Shown here: positions 19,878-28,094 of the stretch, in pieces
How the letters are laid out: each line of letters opens with the position of its first letter
How positions within the stretch are numbered: position 1 is the stretch's first letter
IMG/VR virus record: IMGVR_UViG_3300044695_006401
DNA: 64,000 nt
DNA from: a virus
Lineage: Duplodnaviria; Caudoviricetes
Strand: one strand, 5' to 3'
Translations under genes and position numbers: made by a program
The notes under the pieces: model-generated
What the model was told of the DNA's origin: nothing
The model's input: only the letters and a program-made list of their open reading frames with translations
Databases searched by the model: none

Positions 19878-19879
19878 AA

Positions 19880-20395
19880 TTATATTCCTCTAAATTCGTT
19901 ATCCGTAACAGGAGCCGCTTTTATGGTTCTATAAAACGGTTTATATCCTCCGTATGAATGTTTCAAATCAGAAACAACCCTACCATCATCAACAACACTA
20001 TAATACCTAACTCTATTTTCTGTTTCGTAATAACCAATATAATCACCTAAAGAAATTTCCACAGCAAGTTCTACTAATGTTTTTTGGTAAACACTAACTG
20101 TTAGATTACCAGGTTCCGACTGATAAAGTTTTGAAGATCCTAAATCTGAATTAGTAGGAGTATCTATTTTGACATATCCCTTAAATTCAACAGGAGGTAA
20201 AAATTGTATAGCATCTGAAATAGCCTCACCGTAAACATCATCAGTATCGGTTCGTTGTCTATCTACTCGATACAAAACAAGTGTGAAATTCATATCACCT
20301 AATAACCATTCTTCACCCATCGAAAGGTCCAAATCAAAGTCCTGTTCTGAAAAAAACTTATTAAGTCTAGTAATTGGAACTCTATTATCTGCCAT
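19880..20395 (-). CDS. gp14: Neck/head-completion protein (T4 gp14-like)
   Basis: VLYRVD....DDVYGEA...FLPPVEFKGYV. Confidence 0.65.
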   Translation of the reverse strand: MADNRVPITRLNKFFSEQDFDLDLSMGEEWLLGDMNFTLVLYRVDRQRTDTDDVYGEAISDAIQFLPPVEFKGYVKIDTPTNSDLGSSKLYQSEPGNLTVSVYQKTLVELAVEISLGDYIGYYETENRVRYYSVVDDGRVVSDLKHSYGGYKPFYRTIKAAPVTDNEFRGI

Positions 20396-20399
20396 ATCT

Positions 20400-20406
20400 A
20401 TAAATA
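20400..20406 (-). promoter_or_regulatory. Late motif TATTTAT (gp14-gp15)
   Basis: 4 nt upstream of the ATG. Confidence 0.6.
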
Positions 20407-20453
20407 CTTTGATTGATTTTTTAGTTGTTAATACTTATTTTTAATTATTAATT

Positions 20454-22217
20454 ATGGAAGATTTTATTCCTAAAACCCCCGAATCTAAAGCACTCGTCGC
20501 ACTTGAAAGTTATGACGGGTCAAATAACTATATTCTAAATTTGAAACATAAAAAAGAAAATAGTAGATCTTTTACACCAACAAGAAGTCAATCGGATTAC
20601 ATCAACCTTTACAAAAACACAACACCTAAAGTTGCAAAAAAGTGGGTCAAGTTAGATAGTTACTTTGGGAAAAAACTGATGGAGGACAAAATGTACACGA
20701 AAGAACCGTCAGAAATATATGTAGAAAAGTTATTAGTTGAAAAAGACAAAGCTTATCATATTTGGGGTAAAATATTTTCAGGTGAAACTTTACATGATTT
20801 TTGGATGCCAAAATCAGCGCTAATTAAAGACAATGAAGTTAAAAATGTGCTTATTGAATATGATAAATATAATCACAGACCTCCGATGGATCACCAAAAA
20901 GAAGCAATAGAAAAACTTGTTAGAAACAAAAAGTTTATTTTGGCAGATGATATGGGTCTTGGTAAGACTACTGCAACAATTATCGCAGCACTTGAGACGA
21001 GAGCTAAAAAAATATTAATTGTTTGTCCCGCTTCTTTGAAAATAAATTGGCAAAGAGAGATTGAAAACTACTCAGATAGATCTGTTTATATTTCTGAAGG
21101 AAAAAAGTTTTCAGACGAACACGATTTTGTCATCATCAATTATGACATACTTAAAAATTTTCACGACCCAAAAAAGAAAGATGAATCCACAATTTTAAAG
21201 TCTAACTTTGATCTTATTATTATGGACGAGGCTCATATGATCTCTAATCCCCAAGCTCAAAGGACAAAAATAGTTAATGATATAACACAAAAATCAACAA
21301 GGGTGTGGTTATTATCGGGAACCCCAATGACATCCAGACCTATGAATTATTATAATCTTTTAAATCTTGTTGACAGTCCTGTTGCTATGAATTGGATGGC
21401 GTATGCTAAAAGATATTGTAACGGATTCCAATTTAGTGTTGGGAAAAGAAAAGTTTGGAATGTTACGGGAGCCTCAAACTTAGATGAATTAAGAGATAGG
21501 ACACAAACTCACATCCTCAGAAGACTAAAAGAAGATGTTTTAGATTTACCTGAAAAAATTATCACACCTGTCTATTTAAGACTTAAATCAAAAGACTATG
21601 AAGATTTGATGGGTGAGTATTTTGATTGGTATGACAACAATAGTGAAGAATCGTCATCATTAACTTTGCAGTTTGGGAAATTAATGAAAGTGAGAAAAAT
21701 AATTGCAAGTGAGAAAGTAAAAAGCACTATAGAACTTGCTGAGAATATTATAGACCAAGGTAAAAAAGTTATTATTTTTACAAATTTTACAGATACACTA
21801 CAAGAAATTTATAATCACTTTGGTAAGTCTGCAGTCTATTTAGATGGATCTTGTTCGAAACCGCACCGACAAAATTCTGTAGACGAATTTCAAACGAACG
21901 ATAAAATAAAAGTATTTGTTGGTAATTTAAAAGCAGCGGGGGTTGGATTAACTTTAACCTCAGCGGAAGCTGTAATCATGAATGATTTATCTTTTGTACC
22001 TGCAGAACATTCGCAAGCTGAAGATAGATCACATAGAATTGGACAAAAAAATTCAACATCAGTATATTATCCTATTTTTGAAAATACAATTGAGGGTGCA
22101 ATCTACGATATACTAAATAGAAAGAAAAAGATCATTTCTACAGTAATGGGTGATGATATGATGGATGACGCATCCACAATAGAAGAAATGTTAAATATGA
22201 TTTCTAAACAAAGGTGA
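20454..22217 (+). CDS. SNF2-family (HARP/SMARCAL1-like) helicase
   Basis: LADDMGLGKT, DEAH, LSGTP, GVGLTLT, QAEDRSHRIGQ. Confidence 0.9.
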   Translation: MEDFIPKTPESKALVALESYDGSNNYILNLKHKKENSRSFTPTRSQSDYINLYKNTTPKVAKKWVKLDSYFGKKLMEDKMYTKEPSEIYVEKLLVEKDKAYHIWGKIFSGETLHDFWMPKSALIKDNEVKNVLIEYDKYNHRPPMDHQKEAIEKLVRNKKFILADDMGLGKTTATIIAALETRAKKILIVCPASLKINWQREIENYSDRSVYISEGKKFSDEHDFVIINYDILKNFHDPKKKDESTILKSNFDLIIMDEAHMISNPQAQRTKIVNDITQKSTRVWLLSGTPMTSRPMNYYNLLNLVDSPVAMNWMAYAKRYCNGFQFSVGKRKVWNVTGASNLDELRDRTQTHILRRLKEDVLDLPEKIITPVYLRLKSKDYEDLMGEYFDWYDNNSEESSSLTLQFGKLMKVRKIIASEKVKSTIELAENIIDQGKKVIIFTNFTDTLQEIYNHFGKSAVYLDGSCSKPHRQNSVDEFQTNDKIKVFVGNLKAAGVGLTLTSAEAVIMNDLSFVPAEHSQAEDRSHRIGQKNSTSVYYPIFENTIEGAIYDILNRKKKIISTVMGDDMMDDASTIEEMLNMISKQR

Positions 22218-22224
22218 TATTTAT
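22218..22224 (+). promoter_or_regulatory. Late motif TATTTAT (SOD fusion)
   Basis: 4 nt upstream of the ATG at 22229. Confidence 0.6.
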
Positions 22225-22228
22225 ACAT

Positions 22229-23314
22229 ATGAATGTTGAAATATCATATAAAGGAATCACGCCAAAAGTAGATCAAGAATTATTAATCAAAAGATTTATT
22301 ACTTATCTTAAAAAAGAATATCCCCTTAAAGGTGATGTTAAAATAATTTTCACAAACAAAAGATTCGGTACTATGACCACGGGGTCGAGAACCGATAGTA
22401 GTGTTCTAAAAGTGTTAGTTAAAGACAGATTAAATCGTGATATTTTAAGAACATTGTCTCATGAGTGGCAACACGAATACCAAAGAACCGTTTTAAAAAG
22501 AAAAAAGGGAAAAGACATTGGTGGTGAAAACGAAGATGATGCTAATGCGATTTCAGGTAAAGATGTTAAAAACTTCGAAAAAAGTAACAAAAAATTAGAA
22601 GACATTATCTATACAAAGTTTGAAAAAAAAATAAATGAGATAGAAAATAAGTTGGAAATAGTTTCATTTAATAATGAAAAAATTATAAGTGAAATTAAAC
22701 ACATTAGTATCGATAAATTACCATACGATTTTGATTCGTTAGGAAAATTCATAGATACTGAAACTATGAAAACTCATTATAACAAACACTATAAAGGGTA
22801 TGTTGAAAAATTAAATTTAGAATTAGATAAGATTTCAGGTAAAGATTTAGATTTAGAAGAAATAATACTCAAAATTTCAAAATTTAATACAAAAGTTAGA
22901 AATAATGGTGGTGGGGCTTTTAATCACGCTCTTTTTTGGAAAATGCTTTCACCCAAAAAACAAGAATTAATAGATCCTATTAAAACTAAAATTGACAAAC
23001 ACTTTGGGTCTTTTGAAAAATTTAAAGAAAAATTTGAATCAGAAGCCAAAAGTAGATTTGGTTCAGGATGGGTTTGGTTGGTTTTAACCAAAACAAATGG
23101 TCTTAAAATTGTCACTACAGCAAACCAAGATAACCCATTAATGGATATTGAAAAAAACGGGGGGTATCCACTATTAGGATTAGATTTATGGGAACACGCA
23201 TATTACCTCAAGTACAAAAATGAAAGAGACAAATATATTAGTAATTTTTGGAAAGTTGTAAATTGGGGGTTCGTAAATGATCTCTACACCACACAAACCA
23301 AAAGGAAATTTTAA
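22229..23314 (+). CDS. sodA: HExxH metallopeptidase-like domain fused to Fe/Mn superoxide dismutase (Mn-type signature)
   Basis: N-terminal SHEWQHE...ENEDDANA; SOD ligands HYNKHY, NNGGGAFNH, NQD, DLWEHAYY. Start moved to the ATG at 22229, after TATTTAT. Confidence 0.85.
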   Translation: MNVEISYKGITPKVDQELLIKRFITYLKKEYPLKGDVKIIFTNKRFGTMTTGSRTDSSVLKVLVKDRLNRDILRTLSHEWQHEYQRTVLKRKKGKDIGGENEDDANAISGKDVKNFEKSNKKLEDIIYTKFEKKINEIENKLEIVSFNNEKIISEIKHISIDKLPYDFDSLGKFIDTETMKTHYNKHYKGYVEKLNLELDKISGKDLDLEEIILKISKFNTKVRNNGGGAFNHALFWKMLSPKKQELIDPIKTKIDKHFGSFEKFKEKFESEAKSRFGSGWVWLVLTKTNGLKIVTTANQDNPLMDIEKNGGYPLLGLDLWEHAYYLKYKNERDKYISNFWKVVNWGFVNDLYTTQTKRKF

Positions 23315-23333
23315 TGTCTTTTTATTTATAAGA

Positions 23334-23340
23334 TATTTAT
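23334..23340 (+). promoter_or_regulatory. Late motif TATTTAT (gp13)
   Basis: 15 nt upstream of the ATG. Confidence 0.6.
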
Positions 23341-23355
23341 ATAGAAAATATTCTT

Positions 23356-24474
23356 ATGTCCACAGCAATAATTACAGAACCAGAAAGAAGTAAACTTTAC
23401 AAAAGAATTAAAAATCTTTTGGGGGCACCATTGCGTTCAGTCGAACTCGAAGATGAAATGTTGGACTCACTTTTAGAATTATCAGTACAAGATTACGCAC
23501 AACATGTTAATGATTGGTTGATTGAAAGTCAGTGGTCCTCACTTTACGGAATGAACTTAGATGAACAATCGCTAACGAGAGCCTTTACAACAAGATCATT
23601 AGATTGGGAAACTCAATATACATACGCTTATTCTAAAATCGTGGGTCTCCAAGCTGGTGGTGATTGGGTATTGAAAAAAGACTATATTGAGTTAGTACCT
23701 CACCAACAGATATATGAAATACCGGCAGGTAGAGAAGTAAATGAATTACTTTGGTTTTCAAGATCAGAATTAGACGCAGCTTACTTTGATCCATTCATGG
23801 GTGGATTTGGTGGATTCGGTGGTATTGGATTGGGTGGGGGAGCTGGATTTTCTCAAATGGGTACGACAGGTAATTATTTTATTACACCTGCCTTTGACAT
23901 CCTTTTGAGAATGTCGGACATCAATATTAAAAGAAGAATAATTACAGGTGAACTTACATATCGAATTACAGCATTACCTGAAGGTAAAAAGGCATTACAT
24001 TTAATGAATGTACCTGGTGGAAAATTTGACTTTGGGAATATTAATTTCCAAAAATATAGAGTATGGTATTGGTACTACGATACATTTGATAGGGATGGTT
24101 GTTTAGCAGCAAATAAGGATGTTGTAAAACTTCCTTCAGATGTTCCTATCGATGAAATGAGATGGGACGAATTGAACTCACCGGCACAAACTTGGGTAAG
24201 AAGATGGTTTACAGCGTATTGTAAAGAAACATTGGCAAGAGTAAGAGGAAAATATAGTGGAAACTTAAAAACACCAGATTCAGAACTTACACTAGAATAT
24301 CAGAGTTTACAAACAGAAGCAAAAGATGAAAAAGCTATGTTATGGGAAGAATTAAAAACTCGTTTAGAAAGACTAAGACCGGAAAAACAATGGGAAATTA
24401 AAGGGTTACAGGCTGAAAATATGAACAAAACCCTTAAGTTTAGACCATTTACAAGTCCATATACCGTCATATAA
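23356..24474 (+). CDS. gp13: Neck protein (T4 gp13-like)
   Basis: IKNLLGAPLRSVELEDEMLD...WVRRWFTAYCKETLARVRGKYSG. Confidence 0.75.
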   Translation: MSTAIITEPERSKLYKRIKNLLGAPLRSVELEDEMLDSLLELSVQDYAQHVNDWLIESQWSSLYGMNLDEQSLTRAFTTRSLDWETQYTYAYSKIVGLQAGGDWVLKKDYIELVPHQQIYEIPAGREVNELLWFSRSELDAAYFDPFMGGFGGFGGIGLGGGAGFSQMGTTGNYFITPAFDILLRMSDINIKRRIITGELTYRITALPEGKKALHLMNVPGGKFDFGNINFQKYRVWYWYYDTFDRDGCLAANKDVVKLPSDVPIDEMRWDELNSPAQTWVRRWFTAYCKETLARVRGKYSGNLKTPDSELTLEYQSLQTEAKDEKAMLWEELKTRLERLRPEKQWEIKGLQAENMNKTLKFRPFTSPYTVI

Positions 24475-24481
24475 TTAAAAT

Positions 24482-24814
24482 ATGCCAGTTTTTAGATCCA
24501 TACCTTCATTAAGAATTATTAATGGAAATCAAATTGAGACATCGGACTCCGCAGTAGTAATTAGTCAAGACTATACTACAAATGGTGAATATGTGATTGT
24601 TTATAAAGGTGAAGAAAATCACGAATTATATTTAAATCATAACAACACTGACCATGTAGTTGTTAAATCATTAACCAAAGTTTTAGTAAAAACTGAAAGT
24701 TTAATTGATGAAGAGTTTAATGAAGTGGAACTTGATAAAGGGTCATGTGTTGAATTTAAATATATAAATGGTTTTTGGTATATACTTTCATCTGACGGTT
24801 TAAAAAATTCCTAA
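24482..24814 (+). CDS. Hypothetical beta-rich late protein
   Basis: 110 aa ORF coupled to gp13. Confidence 0.6.
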   Translation: MPVFRSIPSLRIINGNQIETSDSAVVISQDYTTNGEYVIVYKGEENHELYLNHNNTDHVVVKSLTKVLVKTESLIDEEFNEVELDKGSCVEFKYINGFWYILSSDGLKNS

Positions 24815-27639
24815 TCAAACGATAACGACATAAGATCACCGTCCACATCAAACTCATAGAATTCTTCTTGGTCAATTTTTTTGTTTTGTTTCACATATTC
24901 CTCCATCATAACTCTATTTTTTTCAACCCACTCTACATCAACTAAATTTAAAGTGTCATCAATATACATGTAATACGGATCTATCCCAACATTTTTCCAA
25001 AATGTTAATTCCATGTCTGACAGTGATAAAACTTCCTCTAATGTATCTTGGTGCGCTTCTTTCATTGGGTAGCCTCTCACAAGTTCTGTTTGTGTCTTTG
25101 TGAATATAGGTCTGTCCTTAGGGTCCTCAATTAAAATATCTTCTCTGATTTCAGGTTTGTATACAACCAATAGTGGTTCAATCCTTTTATTAAACGCCGC
25201 CATATATCTTGCAATGTTATACTCACCTAATAAATCGGGGTTCCTTTCTATTTCTTTTTCATCAATCAAATAACAATTTAAAACTAATTCGTCTTTTTTC
25301 TTTTGAACATCTCCGTGTGATTTCTTTTCACCGTTATTAACATAAAAAATTGTATCACCAAGACCAGGGTTCTTACCCTCCTTAATCAAAAGTTCCATGT
25401 GAGCTTGACGAGACATCATGTTACCTGCCTTTGTGGTTTTTGTGATGTGAACTTTATAATCATCAATAGACTGTTTAACACGAGCCTTATTTGCGATTTT
25501 AGCCAAAGGAATTTGTCGGTTATACAACTTATCCACATACTCGTAATAGAAATCTAAAAACTCACCGCCCTTACCATCTAATAACATTCGAAGACCTTTA
25601 TCCAAGAACTCAGCAACATATGTTTGAAGTTTTTTAGACTTAATTGTATTACCCGTAAGTTTTACTTTTCCTTTATCGGTAAGAAGTGCGTAGTTTTTAC
25701 GAGCAACATTAATTGTAGATGGCCAAACACCGTCAATATCCAATCCCATTTCACCCCTCAAAAACAAATCATTGTATTCCGCAACATCCGCTTCAGCGCC
25801 GACATATTCTTTTCCTTCTTTAACCAATCCGTTAAGACCTTTACCTATGTATTTGTATTCATCACGGTCTGACGGAGTTTCAAAGTTCACACCATCCGTG
25901 TCCATTACAAGTGGAACATAACCTCGTTTCATAAAAAACATAATCATCTGACGAAGATATTGTCTACCTGTACAAGTAATCTGTTCACCCATATCAATAT
26001 CCCCCCACGGAAACACTTGTGGTGCTGATAATGAACCAAAGAAAGCGTTGATGAAGATTTTAATTGGTAACTGCTTTCTATCATATGAAATTGCAAGTTT
26101 TGGGTCTATTGTTTTAAATTCACTTGCCAAGTTCTTGTATTTGATACGAGTATCACGGAAATACTTTAACATACTCTTCATCGCACCTGTAACATCACAA
26201 GCGGGAAAGACATCATGAACCAACTGAATAGATGGGTATAGTGAAGAGTAGTCAAGTTTTAATACATTTTTAGAGAACCCAACTTGTACCAAACGAGAAA
26301 GACCTCCCGTAAACTTTCTTTTTTCCAATTTTCTTGGTAATGCTAAGTTATGTTTATAAGACCATGAGGACATAATCATTTTCCATAATGTTGCAGTTCC
26401 CATTGTTGAAAGTCTTTCATATGTTGTTGGTACAAGTTTAGAAAGTAGGAAGTTTGCTTGGTTAAACTGCTCGTCAACAATCATAGTTTCATAAAGGTCA
26501 TCGTCCAAGTAATCTTCAATAATCTTTGATCCGGTAATTAAATGATAAACATCATCTCGTCTTTTACATATCTCATCTATTTTAGAATCAAACCCAACTT
26601 TTTTGTATGCCCCATTTTCTTTGTTCATCCAAAACTCTTCGTTATCGAAATAGATTTTACCAATTTTATCCCCCTCAACATAAACACGATTAGGTTTTTC
26701 AGCCTCAATAAACTTAGTAATATACTTCAAAGACCAACTCTTGATATCTGAATTGATTGCTTGTGCTCTACGAACGGCATGTGCAATATCCACAATGTTA
26801 TATCCCCACATCTGAGTTTGGACATAAGGTTCCATTTCATTTGCTAACTTCAAGATACCATCTTTTTGTTTCAGAGTATAATCGGGGTGTAAGGTTTTAC
26901 AGATTTTTTTGATATTAAGTTTTAATATCTCGGCTCTTTTTAAAATAAATGGGAAGTCAAAGAAGGCTGAGTTATAACCACCAACCAAAGAAGGTTTTAG
27001 TTCATCAATAGTTTTAAAGAAATCGACAATCATTTGTCTTTCCTCATCTTCATTTTGTGCTGATAATAATTTCAAGAAACCACGATTGTCTTTCATCCCA
27101 ATCAAGAATATTTTACTTGTTTTGGGGTCAAGTCCTGTGGTCTCGATATCGAATACAAACCTGTGGATTTCATCGTATTCTTCGAAACCTTTAAAAAGTC
27201 GTTTGTTTTTTTGAATTAGGTATTGTTCTACGGGTGATAGGATTTGTATACTGTCCGTGTTATCTCTACCCCATGGATCTAATCCACCACCCTTAAAAAA
27301 GTTTACGAGGTTTGAATATGACTTTGTTGTCTTTACGATATACTTTAATCCATTTTCGAGTCTTTCGTCTCCATGAGTGTCTAATTTTTCAATAATAATT
27401 CCATTTTCACTCATTGCTCTTTTTTGAGAATGTTTATCACTTTTATAAAAGTTTTTACCTTTTAAATCACCGACCCATGCAAACGGAATAAATGTATCAG
27501 GGCGTAATAATTTACCTTTAATTGGGTCTTGAATTACTTTATAAATTTTTGATGTTTTGTAATCGTACTCGAGTGAAACGATATATTTTTCTTCGTCTTC
27601 GCCTAATAAAAAGCGTTCAATTTCTTCTTGTGGAACCAT
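24811..27639 (-). CDS. polB: Family B DNA polymerase
   Basis: FDIETTG (ExoI), YNSAFFD (ExoII), LDYSSLYPSI, KIFINAFFG, MDTDG. Likely ATG at 27639 rather than GTG 27675. Confidence 0.95.
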   Translation of the reverse strand: MVPQEEIERFLLGEDEEKYIVSLEYDYKTSKIYKVIQDPIKGKLLRPDTFIPFAWVGDLKGKNFYKSDKHSQKRAMSENGIIIEKLDTHGDERLENGLKYIVKTTKSYSNLVNFFKGGGLDPWGRDNTDSIQILSPVEQYLIQKNKRLFKGFEEYDEIHRFVFDIETTGLDPKTSKIFLIGMKDNRGFLKLLSAQNEDEERQMIVDFFKTIDELKPSLVGGYNSAFFDFPFILKRAEILKLNIKKICKTLHPDYTLKQKDGILKLANEMEPYVQTQMWGYNIVDIAHAVRRAQAINSDIKSWSLKYITKFIEAEKPNRVYVEGDKIGKIYFDNEEFWMNKENGAYKKVGFDSKIDEICKRRDDVYHLITGSKIIEDYLDDDLYETMIVDEQFNQANFLLSKLVPTTYERLSTMGTATLWKMIMSSWSYKHNLALPRKLEKRKFTGGLSRLVQVGFSKNVLKLDYSSLYPSIQLVHDVFPACDVTGAMKSMLKYFRDTRIKYKNLASEFKTIDPKLAISYDRKQLPIKIFINAFFGSLSAPQVFPWGDIDMGEQITCTGRQYLRQMIMFFMKRGYVPLVMDTDGVNFETPSDRDEYKYIGKGLNGLVKEGKEYVGAEADVAEYNDLFLRGEMGLDIDGVWPSTINVARKNYALLTDKGKVKLTGNTIKSKKLQTYVAEFLDKGLRMLLDGKGGEFLDFYYEYVDKLYNRQIPLAKIANKARVKQSIDDYKVHITKTTKAGNMMSRQAHMELLIKEGKNPGLGDTIFYVNNGEKKSHGDVQKKKDELVLNCYLIDEKEIERNPDLLGEYNIARYMAAFNKRIEPLLVVYKPEIREDILIEDPKDRPIFTKTQTELVRGYPMKEAHQDTLEEVLSLSDMELTFWKNVGIDPYYMYIDDTLNLVDVEWVEKNRVMMEEYVKQNKKIDQEEFYEFDVDGDLMSLSFD

Positions 27640-27675
27640 AATTTTTATATTTAAGTTTGGCGTATTAGCTGTCAC

Positions 27676-27735
27676 ATGAGTGTAACATTTACCTTTGTCT
27701 AAAATATAAGTGTAAAATTTACCCTTGTCAAATAA
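27676..27735. repeat. Imperfect 30 bp tandem repeat overlapping the polymerase promoter
   Basis: atgagtgtaacatttacctttgtctaaaat / ataagtgtaaaatttacccttgtcaaataa, 24/30 identical. Confidence 0.75.
27703..27731 (-). promoter_or_regulatory. Sigma70-like promoter of DNA polymerase
   Basis: TTGACA-N17-TATATT. Confidence 0.7.
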
Positions 27736-28081
27736 TATTGATGTAAAGATTTTCTCTTATTGGTACTATCAATTCTCCATTATCTAAGGTTATGGAAAAT
27801 TCACCTTTGTATCTACCTGGTCTATTGGTGTCCTTAGTTTTCCATTTGTAATAAATGTAATATTCTTGAGTTGATTCTGCAGATGTTTTATCTTTTTCCA
27901 CTAAATACGCGGGTTGCATTGATATTTTTTCGGCCCCGTTACTTTCTAAAGTCATTGAAAATCTAATATTCGCATTATCTAAAATTGAATAAAATTCTTT
28001 GTATGCGTCAGTTCTTCCATCGAATACGACATCCATTTTTAGAATTGGTAATGTTGAGTTTTGATTTATAAAAAATTCCAT
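27728..28081 (-). CDS. BppU-like Ig-fold virion protein
   Basis: FFINQNSTLPIL...YKWKTKDTNRPGRYKGEFSI. Confidence 0.55.
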   Translation of the reverse strand: MEFFINQNSTLPILKMDVVFDGRTDAYKEFYSILDNANIRFSMTLESNGAEKISMQPAYLVEKDKTSAESTQEYYIYYKWKTKDTNRPGRYKGEFSITLDNGELIVPIRENLYINII

Positions 28082-28094
28082 ATATTATATTAAA

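Noticed and set aside
24811-24814. Overlapping convergent stop codons (also 58349-58352 and adjacent stops at 18633-18638)
   Set aside because: This is explained by genome compaction, with no evidence of a specific function.
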